Positions 1-10,440 of a stretch of 64,000 nt of DNA are shown one piece after another. Numbering within the stretch: position 1 is the stretch's first letter; each line of letters opens with the position of its first letter. The position numbers and the translations under genes are program-made. The stretch comes from Nannocystis bainbridge (GTDB lineage: Bacteria > Myxococcota_A > Polyangia > Nannocystales > Nannocystaceae), in the NCBI RefSeq assembly GCF_028368995.1, contig NZ_JAQNDL010000001.1:3840001-3904000 (forward strand), written 5' to 3'. The notes under the pieces were generated by a model that was given only the letters and a program-made list of their open reading frames with translations, did not search any database and was not told the DNA's origin.

Positions 1-71
1 TCGGTCGAGCGAGACCGCGTGCACCCGCGGCATCGCCCGCGAACTCGCGTCCGCCCGCAAGCGCACGGCTC

Positions 72-145
72 TATGCCCCAAAGGACATGACATCGCGGAC
101 ATGCCCCAAAGGACATGACCTCACGGACATGTCCTCGCGGCCATC
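72..145. repeat. Tandem array of degenerate 14-bp palindromes (TGTCY-N4-RGACA family)
   Basis: CATG cores at 86, 100, 114, 128 (TATG at 72, CATC at 142): exact 14-bp period. Confidence 0.8.
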
Positions 146-950
146 AGGCTCGCAGCGCCGGCCGCTCGCGCGCCGGGGGCAGGGCTGCCACCACGTCGCT
201 CGCGCACGCCTCGAAGCACTTTTTGAAGGCCGTCTCCTGCGTCGGCTCGAGCTGCTTCGCCGCCGCGCGGCGGGACAGGCCCTTGCGGTGGGCGTCGAGG
301 GCCAGCGCGTAGCTGGCCTCCGGCAGCGACAGGCCGGCCCGCATGTTCCGCAGGTCGATCCCGCAGCCGCCGCCGCAGCAGGCGTTCTCGAACATGTACG
401 CGCCGTTGGCCACCCACACGCCGAGCCCGAGGGAGATCGCCGCCAGCTCGGCCGCGGCCTCGCCGTCGATCTGCGCCACCGCGGGGGACTGCGTCGGTTG
501 TATCCACAAGCCGATCCGCCCCAGCTCGCGGGCCAGGTTGCCGAGCAGCAGCGACGGCGCCTTGAACACCTGCGGCATCACCACCAGCGCGAGTTCGGAC
601 CCGCGCACGAACGTGTGAAGCAGGTGCCCCGACGGATCGCCGAGCACCTTGAAGCCCGGCGGTACTGCCGCGTTGCCGGCCCCCGGCGGCGCCAGCGTGA
701 TGTCGACGTCGCCCTGGCCGATGTGCTCCTGCGCGGCGCAGACCAGCTCGAACAGCGCGTCGAGGTCGCGCGGCGGGGCGGCCTTCTTCAGCGGTGACTC
801 GGACACCCACTGCTGCTTGCGCGCCGGTGGCCCCAGGTGGGCGACCACGTCGGCGAGGCTCTGCGCCAGCCACGTGCGAGTCTCGAGGTCGGGGATGAAC
901 TCCGGGGCCTTCGCGGCCCGCTCTCCGAACTGCAGCATGTTCCCCGCCAA
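144..950 (-). CDS. Hypothetical protein (possible degenerate zincin-like fold; Cys-rich CCGGGCG patch)
   Basis: 268-aa ORF with normal protein-like composition; LARELGR resembles a degenerate HExxH; start may be ATG at 938. Confidence 0.65.
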   Translation of the reverse strand: MAGNMLQFGERAAKAPEFIPDLETRTWLAQSLADVVAHLGPPARKQQWVSESPLKKAAPPRDLDALFELVCAAQEHIGQGDVDITLAPPGAGNAAVPPGFKVLGDPSGHLLHTFVRGSELALVVMPQVFKAPSLLLGNLARELGRIGLWIQPTQSPAVAQIDGEAAAELAAISLGLGVWVANGAYMFENACCGGGCGIDLRNMRAGLSLPEASYALALDAHRKGLSRRAAAKQLEPTQETAFKKCFEACASDVVAALPPARERPALRA

Positions 951-1235
951 GATAGCAGCAGCCGCGCGGCTCTGCAGGCGCGTGCGCGACGCCTCGCGGG
1001 CTTGCGGGTCTGCAAGGCAGGTATGACGCCCGTGTCCCGGTCAGCGTCGGCTCAGCATCGGTCGTCCTCGATCGGTCTCGATCGGTCACAGTCGGTCTCC
1101 GCGGGCGGCGTCGCGTCGAGCCCCGCGTCCCGTCGGCTGCACATGCTCGCGATCACCCGCGCGCTGTGCTTCGCACCCCTCGGTGCGCACCGCGCAGTTT
1201 TTTTCTTCTGCGTTTCGAGTAATGTCGATCCTCGG

Positions 1236-1937
1236 GTGATACTGGCCTCGCGTCTTCGTCGGCTCGTCGGTCCGCGCCTCCCAGCGCTGGTGAGTCTGTT
1301 CGTCGCCGCGATGTGGTTCACCCCGGCCCGCGCCGCCGACCGGCACGTCGTGCCCGACATCCGCGGCGAGTCGCAGCCCGAGCTGCGCGCCGGCGCCCGG
1401 CTCGTGCGCCTGCCGCTGACGATCCACGTCGCCACCGGGGCCGACAAGGTCGTGTTCGACCTGCGCCGCCTCAACCGCGCCGTCGGCCGCGCCAACGAGG
1501 CCCTGCGCGCCTCCGGCATCGAGGTCTACGTCGCCCGCGTCGAGCTCCTGCCCGAGGGCTTCGCCGAGATCCGCCACCGCCGCGACCGTCGGCGCCTCTC
1601 CAGCTTCGCCCCGCCCGACGGCACCGTGCACGTGTTCCTCGTCGGCAACCTCGAGCTCGGCGGCACGCTCCGCGCCGACCGCAGCGTCCGCGGCCTCCAC
1701 TGGCGCTACCGCGGCCTGCTCGGCAAGATGCGCAACCGCGAGTACCTCATCGTCAGCAACGACGCCCCCGCCACCACCTTCGTCCACGAGCTCGGCCACC
1801 TGTTCGGCCTCGAGCACGACACCTCGACGCAGAACCTGATGTGCTCCTGCCGCCAGGGCCCGCGCCAGATCTTCACGCTCGACCAGGGCCGGCGCATGCG
1901 CAGCGGCGCCCTGGCCTTCGCCGCCCGCCAGCGCTGA
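1236..1937 (+). CDS. Secreted zinc metalloprotease, metzincin type (matrixin/M12/M43-like)
   Basis: HELGHLFGLEH motif followed by Met-turn (NLM); hydrophobic signal-like segment ending PARA; start uncertain. Confidence 0.8.
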   Translation: MILASRLRRLVGPRLPALVSLFVAAMWFTPARAADRHVVPDIRGESQPELRAGARLVRLPLTIHVATGADKVVFDLRRLNRAVGRANEALRASGIEVYVARVELLPEGFAEIRHRRDRRRLSSFAPPDGTVHVFLVGNLELGGTLRADRSVRGLHWRYRGLLGKMRNREYLIVSNDAPATTFVHELGHLFGLEHDTSTQNLMCSCRQGPRQIFTLDQGRRMRSGALAFAARQR

Positions 1938-2063
1938 GCCCCGAGCCGAGCGCCCGCGGCTCCGCGCCGCAGCGGAAAGCCCCGGCACGCCACGGACGCA
2001 GCGAGCCCTCGCGCTCGTAGCCTCGCTTCAACGCCACGGCACCGTCGAGCACATCCTGCCGGT

Positions 2064-2137
2064 CATGTCCTTGAGGACATTCCCCTCAGAGCATGTTCCT
2101 ATGAACATGCTCCTTCGCACATATCCCGAGAGACACC
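2064..2137. repeat. Tandem array of 14-bp palindromes between convergent genes
   Basis: CAT/CATG cores at 2064, 2078, 2092, 2106, 2120; exact TGTCCTTGAGGACA at 2066-2079. Confidence 0.8.
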
Positions 2138-4018
2138 CTACTCGTCGTCGTCTTCGACGACCTCGCCCACTTCTTCGAGCGCGGCCGCGGCGTCGGCCGT
2201 GATCCGCTTCGGCGGCGGCGCCACGACCGGCTGCAGGCGCGCGCGCGGGGGCGGCGGCGCGGCGATGGCCGCCCACTCGCCGCCGAGCGGCTGCAGCAGC
2301 GCCGCCAGCCCCTCGATGCCCGCGCGCACCAGCTCCGGGTCGCCGCCGGCCAGCACCGCCCGCGCGTCGCGCAGGCCGCCCTCCACCGTCGCGCGCACCT
2401 CGGGCGCCAGCTTCTCCTGCTCGGCGACGATCCGCTCGCAGCGCTGGACCATCCCCTCGAGCCGCGCCCGTCGCTCGTGCGCCTCGCGCTCGAGCCGGCC
2501 CGCCGCCTCGCGCTCGCGCGCCGCCTCGACCATCGCGCTCAGCTGCTCCTCCGCCAGCCCGCCGCGCTCGCGCACATGCAGCCGCGCCTCCTTGCCGCGC
2601 AGCAGCTCGCGCACCGACAGCTCGAGCACCTGATTGTCGTCGATCCGCAGCTTGACCTCGACCTCCGGCCGACCGGTCACCACGAAGCTGGCGAGCAGGT
2701 CATCCTCCTCGGCCCCGCGGTCGCCCTGGAACAGCCGCGCCTCGGCCGAGGCTCGCCCGTCGCCCGGCGTATTCAGGGTCACCGCCGTCTCGGCCGGCAC
2801 CGCCGCGCGCGCCGTCAGCAGCGTCTGCACCTCGCCGCCCGACAGCCGCACGACCAGCGGCTGCACCAGCGCCTCGTGCACCCGCACCTCCGGGTGCCGC
2901 GACGCCATCAGCCCGGCGAGGATCGCCGCCCCGCGCGCGACCGTGTCGATCGTATCGAGCTTGCTCGACGGGATCTTTTTAAAGATGGCCTCGATCTTCT
3001 CGTGCAGCGCCGGCACCCGGCTGGTCCCGCCGAGCAGCATGACCTCGCCGACGCGCCCCTCCGCCACCCCTGACTCCTCGAACACGCGGCCCACCAGCCC
3101 GGCGATCCGCTGGACCACGTCGCCGGCCAGCTTCTCGAGCCGCGCCTGCGTCAGCTTGGCCGCCAGGTGCTTCGGGCCCGCCTCGTCGGCGCTGAGGAAC
3201 GGCAGGTGGACCTCGACGTCCTTGCGCTCCGACAGCGCGATCTTGGCCTTCTCCGCCGCGTCGCGGACCCGCGAGCGCACCAGCTCCGCGTCGCCGCCCT
3301 CCTCGCCGCGCTCGCTCAGCAGCCACTCGACCAGCCGCCCGTCGATGTCCTCGCCGCCGAGCGCCAGCCCGCGCTGAGCCAGCACCGAGACCTCGCGCTC
3401 CTTGATCTCCACCACCGCGCAGCTGGCCCCGCCCGCGCCGACGTCGACGAGCACGATCACCTCGTCCTCGACGCCTGTCCTTTCGGCCTGGTACAGCAGC
3501 GCCGCCGCCGTCGTCGCGTGCACCAGCCGCCGCACCTCGAGCCCGCCGAGCCGGCACGCGTGCAGCAGCGCCCGCCGCTGCGCGTCGCCGAAGTGGACCG
3601 GCACCGTCACGACCGCGTGCAGCACCGGCTCGCCGAGCTGCTCCTCGGCGATCGCCCGCACCTCGGCGACCTGCGCGGCCACCAGCGCCTGCGGCAAGAT
3701 CGCGTGCTCGCCCAGCTTGACCGACGCCTCGCCGTGCTCGGCCCGCACCAGCGTCTGCGGCTGCCACACCCCCGGCGTCACCGCCTCGAACCGGCGCCCG
3801 AGCAGCCGGAGCACGTAGAGCTGGCTGCCGTCGGGCCGCAGCAGCGCCATCCGCCGCGCCCGGTCGCCGACCACCACCGCGCCCTCGCCGTCGATCGCCA
3901 CCGCCGCCGGCAGCACCATCACGCCCTTGCCCTGCAGCAGCGCCGAGGCCCGACCGTGCTCGAAGATCCCCACCGTGCAGCGCGTCGTCCCCAGATCGAT
4001 CCCGATCGCCGTGCTCAT
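2138..4018 (-). CDS. Hsp70/DnaK-family protein (divergent paralogue)
   Basis: N-terminal AIGIDLGTT, AVVTVPVHF, LGGEDID, AEKAKIALS, LLGGTSRVP motifs; acidic C-terminus. Confidence 0.9.
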   Translation of the reverse strand: MSTAIGIDLGTTRCTVGIFEHGRASALLQGKGVMVLPAAVAIDGEGAVVVGDRARRMALLRPDGSQLYVLRLLGRRFEAVTPGVWQPQTLVRAEHGEASVKLGEHAILPQALVAAQVAEVRAIAEEQLGEPVLHAVVTVPVHFGDAQRRALLHACRLGGLEVRRLVHATTAAALLYQAERTGVEDEVIVLVDVGAGGASCAVVEIKEREVSVLAQRGLALGGEDIDGRLVEWLLSERGEEGGDAELVRSRVRDAAEKAKIALSERKDVEVHLPFLSADEAGPKHLAAKLTQARLEKLAGDVVQRIAGLVGRVFEESGVAEGRVGEVMLLGGTSRVPALHEKIEAIFKKIPSSKLDTIDTVARGAAILAGLMASRHPEVRVHEALVQPLVVRLSGGEVQTLLTARAAVPAETAVTLNTPGDGRASAEARLFQGDRGAEEDDLLASFVVTGRPEVEVKLRIDDNQVLELSVRELLRGKEARLHVRERGGLAEEQLSAMVEAAREREAAGRLEREAHERRARLEGMVQRCERIVAEQEKLAPEVRATVEGGLRDARAVLAGGDPELVRAGIEGLAALLQPLGGEWAAIAAPPPPRARLQPVVAPPPKRITADAAAALEEVGEVVEDDDE

Positions 4019-4270
4019 GCGCGGCGCACTCTTGCAACCCCCGCCAGCGCTGTCAACACCCGCACGACATGTCCCAAGGGACATGTCCAGAAGTCGCGAC
4101 CTCGGAGGACGAGGTCCGCCGCGGAGCGAGCGGCGCTCGCTCCGCGGTCCATCACCTGCGACCGAGCGACGGCGACTCGCGGCCCGCGACCCACATCACG
4201 CGACGCGAGCGCTGCCTCGTCGGCGGGACGAGGCGGCCGATGACCTCGCGCGGATCGAGCCGCGCTGGCC

Positions 4271-6436
4271 TCAGTCCGCGTGACCGAGGCGTTGCGCCAG
4301 CGCGTCGATGATCGACTCTGCCGCGGTCGTCAGCACCGTGCCCGGGCCGAACACCGCGGCCACGCCCATCGCCTCGAGCGTGGCCACGTCGCGCGGCGGA
4401 ATCACCCCGCCGACCACCACCATCATGTCGTCGCGGCCGAGCTGCTCCAGCGCCGCGCGCAGCTCCGGCACCAGCGTCAGGTGGCCGGCCGCCAGCGACG
4501 ACACCCCGACCACGTGCACGTCGTTCTCGACCGCCTGCATCGCCGTCTCGGCCGGCGTCTGGAACAGCGGGCCGATGTCGACATCGAAGCCCATGTCGGC
4601 GAACGCCGTGGCGATCACCTTGGCCCCGCGGTCATGGCCGTCCTGGCCCATCTTCGCCACCAGCAGGCGCGGCCGGCGGCCCTCCGCCGCGGCGAACGCC
4701 GCGGCCCTCGCCTGCACGCGCGCGACGCTGCGGTCGTCGTCCACCGCCGCACTATAGACCCCGCGGATCGTCCGCGTCACCGCCTGATGGCGGCCCCACA
4801 CCTGCTCGAGCGCCGCGCTCACCTCGCCGACCGTCGCCTTGGCCCGCACCGCGTCGATCGCCAGCGCCAGCAGGTTGCCCTGGCCGTCGCTCGCGCTGCG
4901 GCCCAGAGCCGCGAGCGCCGCCTGCGTCGCCGCCTCGTCGCGCCCGCGCTTCAGCTCCTCGAGCCGCGCCAGCTGGGCCGCGCGCACCGCCGAGTTGTCG
5001 ACCACCAGCACCTCGAGCGGCTCCTCTTGCTCGAGTCGCTGACGGTTGACCCCGATCACCGCCTGCGACCCGCTGTCGATGCGCCCCTGCGTCCGCGCCG
5101 CCGCCTCCTCGATGCGCAGCTTCGGCAGGCCCTGCACGATCGCCTGCGCCATTCCGCCGAGCGACTCGACCTCCTCGATCAGCGACCATGCGCTGCGCGC
5201 CAGCTCGTGCGTCAGCGACTCGATGTAGTAACTGCCGCCGAGCGCGTCGATCGTGCGGCACACCCCCGCCTCTTCTTGCAGGAAGATCTGGGTGTTGCGG
5301 GCGATCCGCGCCGAGAAGTCGGTCGGCAGCGCCAGCGCCTCGTCGAAGCTGTTGGTGTGCAGCGACTGCGTCCCGCCGAGCACCGCCGCCAGCGCCTCGA
5401 CGCACGTGCGCGCCACGTTGTTGTAGGGGTCCTGGGCCGCCAGGCTCCACCCCGAAGTCTGGCAGTGCGTGCGCAGGGCCAGGCTCTTGTCGCTCTTGGC
5501 CCCGAAGCCGCGCACGATCTTGGCCCACAGCAGCCGCGCCGCCCGCAGCTTGGCCACCTCCATCGCCAGGTTCATGCCGATGCCGAAGAAGAACGACAGC
5601 CGCGGCGCGAACGCGTCGACATCGAGCCCCGCGCGGACCCCCGTGCGCACGTACTCGAGCCCGTCGGCCAGCGTGTACGCCAGCTCGAGGTCCGCCGTCG
5701 CCCCCGCCTCCTGCATGTGATAGCCGGAGATGCTGATGCTGTTGAAGCGCGGCATGTGCTTCGCCGTGTAGGCGAAGATATCCGCCACGATCCGCATCGA
5801 CGGCTCGGGCGGATAGATGTACGTGTTGCGGACCATGAACTCTTTTAAAATGTCGTTCTGGATGGTCCCGCTGAGCTGCTCCGGGCGCACTCCTTGCTCC
5901 TCGGCCGCGACCACGTAGAGCGCGAGGATCGGCAGCACCGCCCCGTTCATCGTCATCGACACCGACATCTGGTCGAGCGGGATGCCGGCGAACAGCACCC
6001 GCATGTCGAGGATCGAGTCGATCGCCACCCCCGCCATGCCGACGTCGCCGAGCACGCGCGGGTGGTCGGAGTCGTAGCCGCGGTGGGTCGCCAGGTCGAA
6101 CGCGATCGACAGGCCCTTCTGCCCGGCCGCCAGGTTGCGCCGATAGAACGCGTTGCTCTCCTCCGCGGTCGAGAACCCGGCGTACTGGCGGATCGTCCAC
6201 GGCCGCTGGGTGTACATCGTCGCGTACGGCCCGCGCGTGAACGGCGGCAGGCCCGGCAGCGTGCGCAGGCAGGCCGGCTCGATCGCCTGCAGCGCCTCGG
6301 GCCCGTACACCGGCGGCACCGCGATGCCCTCCGGCGTCGCCCACGCCTGTCCTTCGGGACCTGTCGGAAGAGACACTTGAGGCAGATCGTCGTAGGCGAG
6401 CTGCGCGAGGTCGGGGAACGGCCGTGTCGTCGTCAC
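4271..6436 (-). CDS. mutB: Methylmalonyl-CoA mutase large (catalytic, B12-binding) subunit
   Basis: [42 protein letters not shown]12-binding motif; GTG start overlaps the upstream stop (GTGA). Confidence 0.97.
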   Translation of the reverse strand: MTTTRPFPDLAQLAYDDLPQVSLPTGPEGQAWATPEGIAVPPVYGPEALQAIEPACLRTLPGLPPFTRGPYATMYTQRPWTIRQYAGFSTAEESNAFYRRNLAAGQKGLSIAFDLATHRGYDSDHPRVLGDVGMAGVAIDSILDMRVLFAGIPLDQMSVSMTMNGAVLPILALYVVAAEEQGVRPEQLSGTIQNDILKEFMVRNTYIYPPEPSMRIVADIFAYTAKHMPRFNSISISGYHMQEAGATADLELAYTLADGLEYVRTGVRAGLDVDAFAPRLSFFFGIGMNLAMEVAKLRAARLLWAKIVRGFGAKSDKSLALRTHCQTSGWSLAAQDPYNNVARTCVEALAAVLGGTQSLHTNSFDEALALPTDFSARIARNTQIFLQEEAGVCRTIDALGGSYYIESLTHELARSAWSLIEEVESLGGMAQAIVQGLPKLRIEEAAARTQGRIDSGSQAVIGVNRQRLEQEEPLEVLVVDNSAVRAAQLARLEELKRGRDEAATQAALAALGRSASDGQGNLLALAIDAVRAKATVGEVSAALEQVWGRHQAVTRTIRGVYSAAVDDDRSVARVQARAAAFAAAEGRRPRLLVAKMGQDGHDRGAKVIATAFADMGFDVDIGPLFQTPAETAMQAVENDVHVVGVSSLAAGHLTLVPELRAALEQLGRDDMMVVVGGVIPPRDVATLEAMGVAAVFGPGTVLTTAAESIIDALAQRLGHAD

Positions 6437-8475
6437 GCGAGCACCTCCAGGCGCTCTTGCACCGCGCCGAGCGCCGCCAGGGCGTCGGCCCCCGCGGCGA
6501 TGAAGACATCGACGCCCGCGGCCGCGAGCGCCTCCCATGAATCCTTGGGCCGGCCGGCCAGCACGATCACGTGCGCGCCCGCGGCCCGCAGCCCCGGCAC
6601 CAGCTCGGGCACCGCCGCCGCGTAGCGAGCGTCGGTCCCGCAGATCACCGCGACCCGGGCCCCGCTGTTGGCGAACCGCGCCGCCGCCACCTGCAGCTCC
6701 TCCGTCGCCTCGACCTCGACCACCTCGAAGCCGCCGACCGGGAAGTACGCCCGCGCGTACTCGACCCGCGGCCGCACCTCACTCGCCGTGCCGAGCGGCA
6801 CCAGAGCGACCCTCGGCTCGCCGAGCGCCGCCCCGCGGGCCCGCAGCGCCTCGAACGGCCCCGCCAGCCGCCCGCGCGCCAGCGGCGTCGCCCGCGGCCC
6901 CGGCCCCGGCCGCCGGAACCCGCCGAGCCCGCGCGCGCCCGTGAACGCAGCTTGCACTTCGGACATGCTCTTAAAAGCATGTCCTTCGGACCATGTCGCT
7001 TGCGACAGGACCTCTCGGACAGCCGCCCCGCCCGCCGTCGCGCCCGAAGAATCACTCGCGGCCGGCACCTTCGCCCCCAGCGGCGGCCCCATCGGCCGCG
7101 TCGCATAGCGGCTCGCGCCGACGATCGGCAGCCGCAGCGTCGCCGCCGCCTGCGCTTGCGCCTGCGCCTGCGCGGCCACCCGCCCCTGCGCCGCGCCCGC
7201 GCGCAGCGAAGCCAGCAGCCCGCCCTCGCGCTCGATCGCCTGCAGCCGGGTCCAGGCCGCCCGCGCCAGCGCATCGGTCGCGCGCTCAATCGTGTGGCTG
7301 CCGCCGGCCGGATCGGTCACCGCCCCCAGGTGCGACTCGTCGCGCAGCAGCAGCTGCGTGTTGCGAGCCAGCCGGCGGCCCAGCGTCGACGGCTCGCCGA
7401 GCCCCTCGTCGAGGCTCGGCAGCGCGATCGAGTCGGCCCCGGCCAGCGCCGCCGTCACCCCCTCCGTCGTCGCGCGGATCAGGTTCACCCACGGGTCGAG
7501 GTTGCTCAGCTCGCGCCGCGACGCCCGCGCGTGCAGCCGCATCACCTGGCCTTCGGGACCGACCCCACAGGCGGCCGCCACCCGGGCCCACAGGCTCCGC
7601 GCCGCCCGCAGCTTGGCCAGCTCGAGCGCCAGGTCGCGCCCGACCGCCAGCACGAACACCAGCGCCCCTGCGGCCGCGTCGACTGTCACGCCCGCGGCCT
7701 GCAGCCCGCGCAGGTGCTCCAGCGCGGCCGCCAGCGCCCCCGCGACCTCGTCGGCCGCGCTCGCCCCGGCCTCGTGCCACGGCGTCGCGTCGACCAGCGC
7801 CGTGCGCAGCCCCGGCGCGTGGGCCCGCGCCCAGCCTGTCAGTTCGGCCATGTCCTCATAGACATGCTCGATCGGCCAGCCGAGCTCCCCCGTCGCCAGC
7901 AGCAGCGCCAGCGGGTCGCCGGCGACCGCCCCACGCAGCTGCCCGGGCGCGACTCCGCGCCGCTGGGCCTCGGCCACCAGCGCCGCCGCGACCGGCAGCG
8001 CCCGCGCCCCTGCGTCGATCACCACCTCGGCCTGCGCCAGATCGATCCCCGCCACCAGCGCCGCGACGTCGGCCGCGCCCGCGACCACCACCCCGGTGCC
8101 TCGCCCGTGCCCGTCATGCGCGCCGCCCGTCAGCCCCGCCGCGATCGCCTCGTCGAGCACGAACCACGCCGCCTCTGTCCCATGAGACAGATCTTCCGCC
8201 GCCGCCGCGCCCGCGATCTTCGCCGCGGCTTGCCGGTACTCCTGGGCGATCGCCCACCCGCGCCTGCCGCGGGCCAGCAGCGGCGCGCGCGGCACCGCGG
8301 CGCCCGCGTCCTCGGCCGTCACCAGCGGCGTCAGCTCGAGCCCCTCCGCGGTGCGCGTCACGAGCTTTTGGGTGGATGCGCCCCCCAGCTCGCGCGTCGC
8401 CAGCTCGCGCCAGGCGTCGATGGTGACCGGTGGGAATCCGCAGAGGCTGTCGCGCGTCGCGTCGTCGTCCGCCAC
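6433..8475 (-). CDS. mutA: Methylmalonyl-CoA mutase small subunit
   Basis: [38 protein letters not shown] motifs; lacks DxHxxG; directly upstream of the large subunit. Confidence 0.92.
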   Translation of the reverse strand: MADDDATRDSLCGFPPVTIDAWRELATRELGGASTQKLVTRTAEGLELTPLVTAEDAGAAVPRAPLLARGRRGWAIAQEYRQAAAKIAGAAAAEDLSHGTEAAWFVLDEAIAAGLTGGAHDGHGRGTGVVVAGAADVAALVAGIDLAQAEVVIDAGARALPVAAALVAEAQRRGVAPGQLRGAVAGDPLALLLATGELGWPIEHVYEDMAELTGWARAHAPGLRTALVDATPWHEAGASAADEVAGALAAALEHLRGLQAAGVTVDAAAGALVFVLAVGRDLALELAKLRAARSLWARVAAACGVGPEGQVMRLHARASRRELSNLDPWVNLIRATTEGVTAALAGADSIALPSLDEGLGEPSTLGRRLARNTQLLLRDESHLGAVTDPAGGSHTIERATDALARAAWTRLQAIEREGGLLASLRAGAAQGRVAAQAQAQAQAAATLRLPIVGASRYATRPMGPPLGAKVPAASDSSGATAGGAAVREVLSQATWSEGHAFKSMSEVQAAFTGARGLGGFRRPGPGPRATPLARGRLAGPFEALRARGAALGEPRVALVPLGTASEVRPRVEYARAYFPVGGFEVVEVEATEELQVAAARFANSGARVAVICGTDARYAAAVPELVPGLRAAGAHVIVLAGRPKDSWEALAAAGVDVFIAAGADALAALGAVQERLEVLA

Positions 8476-8537
8476 GCGCCAGATGATACGCCGCGCCCCA
8501 GCGACCAGGCTATAGTGCGCCTCGCCCCGAGCCCGCG

Positions 8538-10046
8538 ATGAACCAGCCGCTGCCCGTGACCTCGCCCTCGTCGCCGCCCCCGTTCCGCCCGTCGCGCAAC
8601 CCCATCGTCCGCCTGGTCCTGTGGTTCACCGAACCATCGATGATCAAGGGCATGGCGGTGGGCGTCGTGCTGGCGCTGCTCGGCGGCGTCGCGCTCAAGC
8701 TCGACGCCGCCTGGTACATCGCCAGCGGCCTGATGCTCGTGCTGGCCGCGCTGGTGTTCGGCGCCGTCGTCGGCCACTACATGTTCGAGGCGCGCCGCAA
8801 GCGCTTGCAGCGGCACGGGCTCGACATGCTGCGCCAGGCCGGCAGCGAGCTGCCCGGCCTCGGCGACGAGCTCGCCGTCGTGGTCCTGCAGCGCGACATG
8901 AGCCACCTCCCGAGCGTCTGGGAGCGCCTCCGTCGCCTGCGCCCCGCCGTCGAGGAGGTCGCCGGCCTCGGCTTCGCCGCCTTCTTCCGCATGGCCGCGC
9001 TGTCGGCCCTGTTCGCGGTCCTCGGCAGCGCGATCAGCTTCGCCGTGTTCCTCACCTCGTTCATGCAGGTCGAGCGCATGACCGAGCAGAACGAGCTCAT
9101 CCGGGTCCAGACCGACCTCACGATCAAGCAGCTCGCGTTCGAGGAGAAGCGCCAGGCCGTCGAGATCGCCCTCAGCATCGCCGACCGGCGCCAGACCACC
9201 GCCCGCGAGGTGTTCGCCGCGATCGCCAGCGACCCCGGCAAGGGCGGCGGCGAGCGCAAGGAGCTGACCCAAGGGACACGTCTCCTCATCACCGCCACCG
9301 TCTCGCAGCTGCAGCCGTACAAGGGCGTCGACCCGGTCGACAACGCCGTCACCGAGGACATCAAGAGCCCCGAGCAGGAGCAGGTCCTGCGCTACCTCTC
9401 GGCCGTCAACGTCGATGTCAGCGAGATCGACCTGTCTCGCGCCTTCCTCAACCACGTCGACCTGCACAGCACCGAGCTGCCGCAGCTCCAGCTCCCGGGC
9501 GTCAGCATCCGCCAGGCCGCGCTCTACGACGCCAAGTTCCCGGCCGCCAACCTGGCCCTCGCCGACCTGTCGATCTCCCAGCTCGCGCGCACCGACCTGT
9601 CCGGCGCCAACCTCACCGACGCCAAGCTGGTCGACGCCATCCTCGTCGACGCCGTGCTCACCGACGCCAACCTCGTGCGCGCCGACCTCACCCGCGCCAG
9701 CCTGCGCAAGACTGTGCTCACCAAGGCCCAGCTCGGCAGCGCCATCCTGCACGGCGTCGACTTCACGCAGTGCGACCTCGCCACCACCGACCTCACCGAC
9801 GCCGACCTGGCGCTTGCCGACCTCAGCGCCCTCGACCGCACCCCACTGGTCCCCAAGACCCGCGCCGCCGGCTCGTGGTGGCTGGCCGTCTACAGCGACG
9901 ACTACGCCGCCAAGCTCGGCGTCAGCCCGGCCCAGAACGCCAAGAACCGCGAAGCCATGACCCGCATGCGCGCCGCCCCGACGATCGACGAGGCGCGAGC
10001 GATCGTCGCCGAGGCCAAGGCCGCCGCCCCGAGCGCACCAGGGTGA
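8538..10046 (+). CDS. Membrane-anchored pentapeptide-repeat protein
   Basis: N-terminal hydrophobic helices; A(D/N)Lxx pentapeptide repeats (ANLALADLS, TDLSGANLTDAKL, ANLVRADLTRASL). Confidence 0.9.
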   Translation: MNQPLPVTSPSSPPPFRPSRNPIVRLVLWFTEPSMIKGMAVGVVLALLGGVALKLDAAWYIASGLMLVLAALVFGAVVGHYMFEARRKRLQRHGLDMLRQAGSELPGLGDELAVVVLQRDMSHLPSVWERLRRLRPAVEEVAGLGFAAFFRMAALSALFAVLGSAISFAVFLTSFMQVERMTEQNELIRVQTDLTIKQLAFEEKRQAVEIALSIADRRQTTAREVFAAIASDPGKGGGERKELTQGTRLLITATVSQLQPYKGVDPVDNAVTEDIKSPEQEQVLRYLSAVNVDVSEIDLSRAFLNHVDLHSTELPQLQLPGVSIRQAALYDAKFPAANLALADLSISQLARTDLSGANLTDAKLVDAILVDAVLTDANLVRADLTRASLRKTVLTKAQLGSAILHGVDFTQCDLATTDLTDADLALADLSALDRTPLVPKTRAAGSWWLAVYSDDYAAKLGVSPAQNAKNREAMTRMRAAPTIDEARAIVAEAKAAAPSAPG

Positions 10047-10440
10047 CATGGCGTAATGGGCATGTCTGTTCGCACATGTCCCTTCGACCCGGCGCTCAGC
10101 AGCATCCATCACCCGGAGCCCGCAAACGTTTCGCGGCGTCCATCCCGCGCTCGTCTCGCGGCTGCGCGTGGCTGCGTCTCCCACCTCGAGCAGACGGAGA
10201 TCCCAGCGGCGCGCTCCCTCGCTTCGCTCTCGCGCGGAGCTCCCGCTCGCTCGCTTCGCCCTCGCGCGCTCCCTCGCGCCCTCGCTCGTCCGCGCGGCGC
10301 TCGCCGTGTCGACCGCCGCGCCGCGCCGCGCGTCCGGTTCAGCGCTCGTGGCGCCCACGGCGTCGCGCTCGCGTCTTCACCCGGGTTGACGGCCCCTGCG
10401 GCCCGGTGATAAGCGAGCACTTAATCAACGACGAGGCGTC

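Noticed and set aside
10190-10380. Pyrimidine-rich GCTC/CTCGC low-complexity tract (similar tracts at 23220-23570 and 24745-24900) as an ncRNA or REP family
   Set aside because: No consistent repeat unit or conserved fold could be established by eye
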